In this document: positions 36,411 to 39,503 of the stretch, piece after piece
How the letters are laid out: each line of letters opens with the position of its first letter
Position numbering within the stretch: position 1 is the first letter of the stretch
Virus record (IMG/VR): IMGVR_UViG_2718218309_000001
Strand: one strand, 5' to 3'
From: a virus
Lineage: Duplodnaviria; Heunggongvirae; Uroviricota; Caudoviricetes
DNA length: 39,503 bases
Made by a program: the position numbers and the translations under genes
Notes under the pieces: generated by a model
Seen by the model: only the letters and a program-made list of their open reading frames with translations
What the model was told of the DNA's origin: nothing
The model's database searches: none

Positions 36411-37507
36411 ATTTCAGCTCTGAACTGCTTAACAAAAGCAACAAAACTCCGGCATTCAGCATCAGTATTGAGGGCAGGGATATCACCACTGTGCTGGATA
36501 ACCGCCTGATGAGTCTGACTCTGACGGACAATCGGGGCTTTGAAGCAGACCAGCTTGATCTGGAGCTGGACGATGCCGACGGGAAAATCGTGCTGCCGCG
36601 CCGTGGTGCGGTCATTACGCTGGCGCTGGGCTGGAAGGGGCAGCCGCTTTTCCCGAAAGGGGCATTCACGGTGGACGAGATTGAACACACTGGCGCACCG
36701 GGCCGCCTGACTATCCGGGCGCGAAGTGCTGATTTTCGGGAAACGCTGAATACCCGCCGTGAAAAATCGTGGCACAAGACCACCATTGGGGAAGTGGTGA
36801 AGGAGATAGCCGCGCGGCACAAGCTGAAGATGGTACTGGGTAAAGACCTGTCGGATAAGCTCGTGGAGCATATAGACCAGACTAATGAGAGTGACGGTAG
36901 TTTTCTGATGCGGCTGGCGCGCCAGTACGGTGCTATTGCGTCGGTGAAAAATGGCAATCTGTTATTCATCCGGCAGGGACAGGGCAAAAGTGCCAGCGGT
37001 AAACCACTGCCGGTGATCACTATCACACGTAAGGACGGCGACAGTCACCGCTTTACCCTGGCAGATCGCGGAGCCTATACGGGCATAATTGCCAGCTGGT
37101 TGCATACCCGCGAACCCGCGAAGAAAGAAAGCACCACGGTGAAGCGTAAGCGCAGGACTAAGAAGCAGAAGAAAGAGCTGGAAGCGAAGCAGGGCGATTA
37201 CCTGGTGGGTACGGATGAAAACGTGCTGGTACTTAATCGCACTTATGCCAACCGGAGCAACGCTGAACGGGCAGCGAAAATGCAGTGGGAACGCCTGCAA
37301 CGCGGCGTTGCGTCATTCTCGCTACAACTGGCGGAAGGGCGGGCAGATCTCTACACGGAAATGCCAGTGAAAGTCAGTGGCTTTAAACAGCCGATAGATG
37401 ATGCGGAATGGACCATTACGACTCTGACACATACCGTCAGCCCGGATAATGGTTTTACGACCAGTCTTGAGCTTGAAGTGAAGGTTGATGATCTCGAAAT
37501 GGAATGA
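36407..37507 (+). CDS. D: Tail protein D (P2 gpD)
   Basis: 366-aa protein (GTG start overlapping U stop), last structural gene before ogr as in P2. Confidence 0.9.
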   Translation: MNFSSELLNKSNKTPAFSISIEGRDITTVLDNRLMSLTLTDNRGFEADQLDLELDDADGKIVLPRRGAVITLALGWKGQPLFPKGAFTVDEIEHTGAPGRLTIRARSADFRETLNTRREKSWHKTTIGEVVKEIAARHKLKMVLGKDLSDKLVEHIDQTNESDGSFLMRLARQYGAIASVKNGNLLFIRQGQGKSASGKPLPVITITRKDGDSHRFTLADRGAYTGIIASWLHTREPAKKESTTVKRKRRTKKQKKELEAKQGDYLVGTDENVLVLNRTYANRSNAERAAKMQWERLQRGVASFSLQLAEGRADLYTEMPVKVSGFKQPIDDAEWTITTLTHTVSPDNGFTTSLELEVKVDDLEME

Positions 37508-37597
37508 TTCTTCACAATGGAGAACTTTTAAGTTTGAAAAATGGAATAATGCGATATCATTATTGTGAATTTAGCAAAAATGGGGAGAACTCGAAAA

Positions 37598-37816
37598 ATG
37601 ATGATTTGCCCACTGTGTGGAAGTGCCGCCCATACTCGCAGCAGTTTTCAGGTATCTTCATTGACCAAAGAGCGTTACAACCAGTGCCAGAACATTAACT
37701 GCAGCCATACTTTTGTTACCCATGAAACTTTTGTTCGTTCGATTGCAACGCCAAAAGAGTCAAATCCGGTTCAGCCGCATCCTCATAAATTTAAACAGGT
37801 GGGTTTGCCGATTTAA
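37598..37816 (+). CDS. ogr: Late gene transcriptional activator Ogr (zinc-finger)
   Basis: MMICPLCGSAAHTRSS...KERYNQCQNINCSHTF parallels P2 Ogr (CPLC...KERYHQCQNVNCSATF); 72 aa from ATG 37598. Confidence 0.9.
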   Translation: MMICPLCGSAAHTRSSFQVSSLTKERYNQCQNINCSHTFVTHETFVRSIATPKESNPVQPHPHKFKQVGLPI

Positions 37817-37880
37817 ATGGCGACATAACTACATGATTTAAAACTATACTTTTCTATAAGTTGAGGTTAAATTAACAATG

Positions 37881-38057
37881 CCTGACGTTAGCGGGGATTT
37901 ATCCCCACTCCGTAGATATGTAGTTTGTCGCTTTGCGACTGCGGACCGATTACCTGATTGCCATGTAATCGGACGCCGACTTGTTAAGCTTTCTGGGCTA
38001 ACTGGTTGTTATTTTTTATTTAGTTAGGGCCATGCGCTTGCGCTAAGAGACGTCAGG
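37881..38057 (+). ncRNA. Candidate structured non-coding RNA (possible RT template, retron msr/msd-like) bounded by inverted repeats CCTGACGT / ACGTCAGG
   Basis: 8-bp inverted repeat at 37881-37888 and 38050-38057 encloses about 160 nt with several stable hairpins (GGGGAT-TT-ATCCCC at 37893-37906; GTCGC-TTT-GCGAC at 37927-37939; CCGATTAC-N11-GTAATCGG at 37946-37972); no ORF; directly upstream of the RT operon. Strand and ends not established. Confidence 0.3.
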
Positions 38058-38077
38058 TATCTATGGAGGAACAAGTT

Positions 38078-38251
38078 ATGGATACAAACGAACTTGGCTT
38101 AGTTAAGGCGCGTGTTGAACTGATCACCGCTATGCTCAAATGCGCAACCGCGTTTGTTGGCTTAGTTGGTGCGGTTTACGCCGTTCTTAACATGGCCTTC
38201 AACTACAACAATTTAACTCATGACAATAGAAGTTCAAAGGTGGGAAGATAA
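38078..38251 (+). CDS. Small single-TM protein (57 aa from ATG 38078; 62 aa from ATG 38063)
   Basis: Strong RBS GGAGGA (38065-38070) 7 nt before ATG 38078; hydrophobic helix CATAFVGLVGAVYAVLNMAF; 3' end overlaps the RT start by about 30 nt. Confidence 0.45.
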   Translation: MDTNELGLVKARVELITAMLKCATAFVGLVGAVYAVLNMAFNYNNLTHDNRSSKVGR

Positions 38252-38993
38252 ATTTGAGATTAAGCCCGGGGTTTGGGTTTATGTCCCAAGCGTTGAGGCA
38301 CGTAAAGTCGGAGGGAAGATACTTCAGGCTGTCAGAAACAAGTGGATTCCGCCACTCTATTTTTACCATCTAAGAACTGGTGGGCATCTTAAAGCTGCCA
38401 GATTACACTTAAAAAGTGATTTTTTTGCCGTTGTTGATATTAAACAATTTTTTCAGTCAACGAGCCGTAGTCGTATCACCCGTGATCTAAAGAGCTACTT
38501 CACCTATTCTCAAGCGCGGGAAATCTCAACATTTTCAACTGTAAGAAACTTGTCCCATAGTCCACATAAGCATGTCCTCCCTTTTGGTTTTGTTCAATCT
38601 CCAATACTTGCAACCCTCTGCTTAGATAAAAGTTATTTTGGTAGCTTACTACGCCGATTGAACAAACATCATGATCTCAAGCTAAGTGTGTTTATGGATG
38701 ATGTGATCATCTCGTCAAACGATTTGGCCCAATTACAAGCGGCTTACGACGAAGCACTAGTGGCAATGCGTAAATCTGGTTATCAAGCCAACATGAGTAA
38801 AACTCAGGCACCATCGTCAAAGATTAGCGTGTTTAATTTAACTTTGAGTAAGGGAGTTATGAAAGTCACATCTCAGAAAATGAGTGACTTCCTGATTGAT
38901 TTCTATTCAAGCAATTATGAGCCGCACAGAATAGGGGTCAAAAACTACGTCGAAGCTGTTAATCCAGGGCAAGCGAAACTCTTTAAGTTGTAA
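38220..38993 (+). CDS. Compact reverse transcriptase (257 aa; fingers/palm only), defence-associated RT candidate
   Basis: RT motifs in order: motif 2 FFAVVDIKQFF (catalytic Asp), motif 4 LPFGFVQSPILATL, motif 5 VFMDDVII (FMDD at 38691-38702), motif 6 YQANMSKT; no obvious thumb, maturase or retron VTG region; AT-rich; between ogr and attR. Confidence 0.8.
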   Translation: MTIEVQRWEDKFEIKPGVWVYVPSVEARKVGGKILQAVRNKWIPPLYFYHLRTGGHLKAARLHLKSDFFAVVDIKQFFQSTSRSRITRDLKSYFTYSQAREISTFSTVRNLSHSPHKHVLPFGFVQSPILATLCLDKSYFGSLLRRLNKHHDLKLSVFMDDVIISSNDLAQLQAAYDEALVAMRKSGYQANMSKTQAPSSKISVFNLTLSKGVMKVTSQKMSDFLIDFYSSNYEPHRIGVKNYVEAVNPGQAKLFKL

Positions 38994-39062
38994 TTGCGAT
39001 CGCATGTAGTAGCAACTGGGCTTGACTGAATGTCTGCCGCCATTTTGCCGCCACTACTAAAG

Positions 39063-39090
39063 AAAAAAGGGCTACGCTTTCACGTAACCC
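39063..39090 (-). terminator. ssrA rho-independent terminator
   Basis: On the minus strand GGGGUUACG-loop-CGUAGCCC followed by U6, just downstream of the ssrA 3' end. Confidence 0.5.
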
Positions 39091-39101
39091 CTTGATTTAT
39101 T

Positions 39102-39146
39102 TGGTGGAGCTGGCGGGAGTTGAACCCGCGTCCGAAATTCCTACAT
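39102..39146. repeat. 45-bp att core within the ssrA 3' end (direct repeat partner of 3670-3714)
   Basis: Identical 45-mer; this copy is part of the intact tmRNA gene. Confidence 0.9.
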
Positions 39147-39464
39147 CCTCGGTACTACATGCTTAGTCAGTCTTTACATTCGCTTGCCAGCTGCGGACGG
39201 ACACGCCACTAACAAACTAGCCTGATTAAGTTTTAACGCTTCAACCCCAGGCAGGGCTTCCACGCGATCTCTTTTGGGTTTGACCTCTCTTGATCCCCGT
39301 CCTAAGAGCGGAGGCTAGGGAGAGAGGGCTCTAAGCAGGTTATTAAGCTGCTAAAGCGTAGTTTTCGTCGTTTGCGACTATTTTTTGCGGCTTTTTACGA
39401 GGCCAACCGCCCCTCGGCATGCACCTTGGGTTTCGCAAATCCCGTCGAATCCAGAATCAGCCCC
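39102..39464 (-). ncRNA. ssrA: tmRNA (transfer-messenger RNA, SsrA), 363 nt
   Basis: Reverse complement reads GGGGCTGATTCTGGATTCGACGGG...GCAAACGACGAAAACTACGCTTTAGCAGCTTAA (tag peptide ANDENYALAA)...GGTTCAACTCCCGCCAGCTCCACCA, matching the E. coli tmRNA sequence. Confidence 0.97.
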
Positions 39465-39503
39465 AATGTGTAAAGGTAAGTATACCAGATTTATGAGCGC
39501 CAT

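Larger units (their letters stand above)
3670..39146. mobile_element. P2/186-family prophage integrated at ssrA (about 35.5 kb), bounded by the 45-bp direct repeats
   Basis: Complete P2-like gene order (int-C-apl-cII-...-A | cos | Q P O N M L X lysis R S V W J I H G FI FII E T U D ogr) between the repeats. Confidence 0.9.

Noticed and set aside
16599-36871. Numerous ORFs of 60-370 aa antisense to or nested within the structural genes (e.g. 19566-20228 -, 25537-26424 -, 26558-27145 -, 27630-28397 -, 34278-35387 -, 36221-37026 -)
   Set aside because: They lie inside high-confidence P2 structural genes on the opposite strand or in an alternate frame, in GC-rich DNA where long open frames arise by chance; translations are low-complexity (Arg/Ala/Pro/Ser-rich) with no recognisable domains.
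38220-38993. Reverse transcriptase as part of a group II intron or diversity-generating retroelement
   Set aside because: The ORF is only 257 aa with no maturase (domain X) or endonuclease extension; no ribozyme-like flanking structure of intron size and no template/variable repeat pair with a target gene were seen.
1-39503. CRISPR array or cas genes
   Set aside because: No regularly spaced short direct repeats and no Cas-like ORFs were found on either strand.
39465-39503. ssrA promoter (-10-like TATACT on the minus strand)
   Set aside because: Window ends within the promoter region; too little sequence to define -35 and -10 with confidence.

Overview
Enterobacterial chromosome segment at the tmRNA gene ssrA (39102-39464, minus strand; E. 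coli-type sequence) carrying two tandemly integrated elements marked by a 45-bp direct repeat of the ssrA 3' end (3670-3714 and 39102-39146). Element 1 (about 3670-39146) is a complete P2/186-family prophage: int, CI-like repressor, Apl/Cox, CII, TraR-like, Dam methylase, replication gene A, then Q P O N M L X, a lysis cassette, R S V W J I H G, FI FII E(E') T U D and ogr. Its tail fibre is under an invertible-segment switch with a Hin/Gin-family invertase. Element 2 (1-3714, partial, continues left of the window) is a P4/CP4-57-like island with its own integrase. The likely new biology is in AT-rich cargo at four variable sites: (i) between ogr and attR, a structured non-coding region flanked by an 8-bp inverted repeat, a 57-aa single-TM ORF and a compact 257-aa reverse transcriptase (retron/DRT-like candidate); (ii) between attL and int, a two-gene operon translationally coupled to int encoding a 4-TM protein and a RES-domain (NAD+-targeting toxin-like) protein; (iii) in the A-Q hotspot around cos, an SOS-box module with a DinI-like gene, a TM-anchored protein and a Zn-ribbon protein; (iv) in the P4-like island, a 582-aa protein with an acidic alpha/beta N-terminal domain next to a small membrane protein. 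All family assignments are from reading the translations and motifs by eye; no searches were run. Small-motif coordinates may be off by 1-2 nt.
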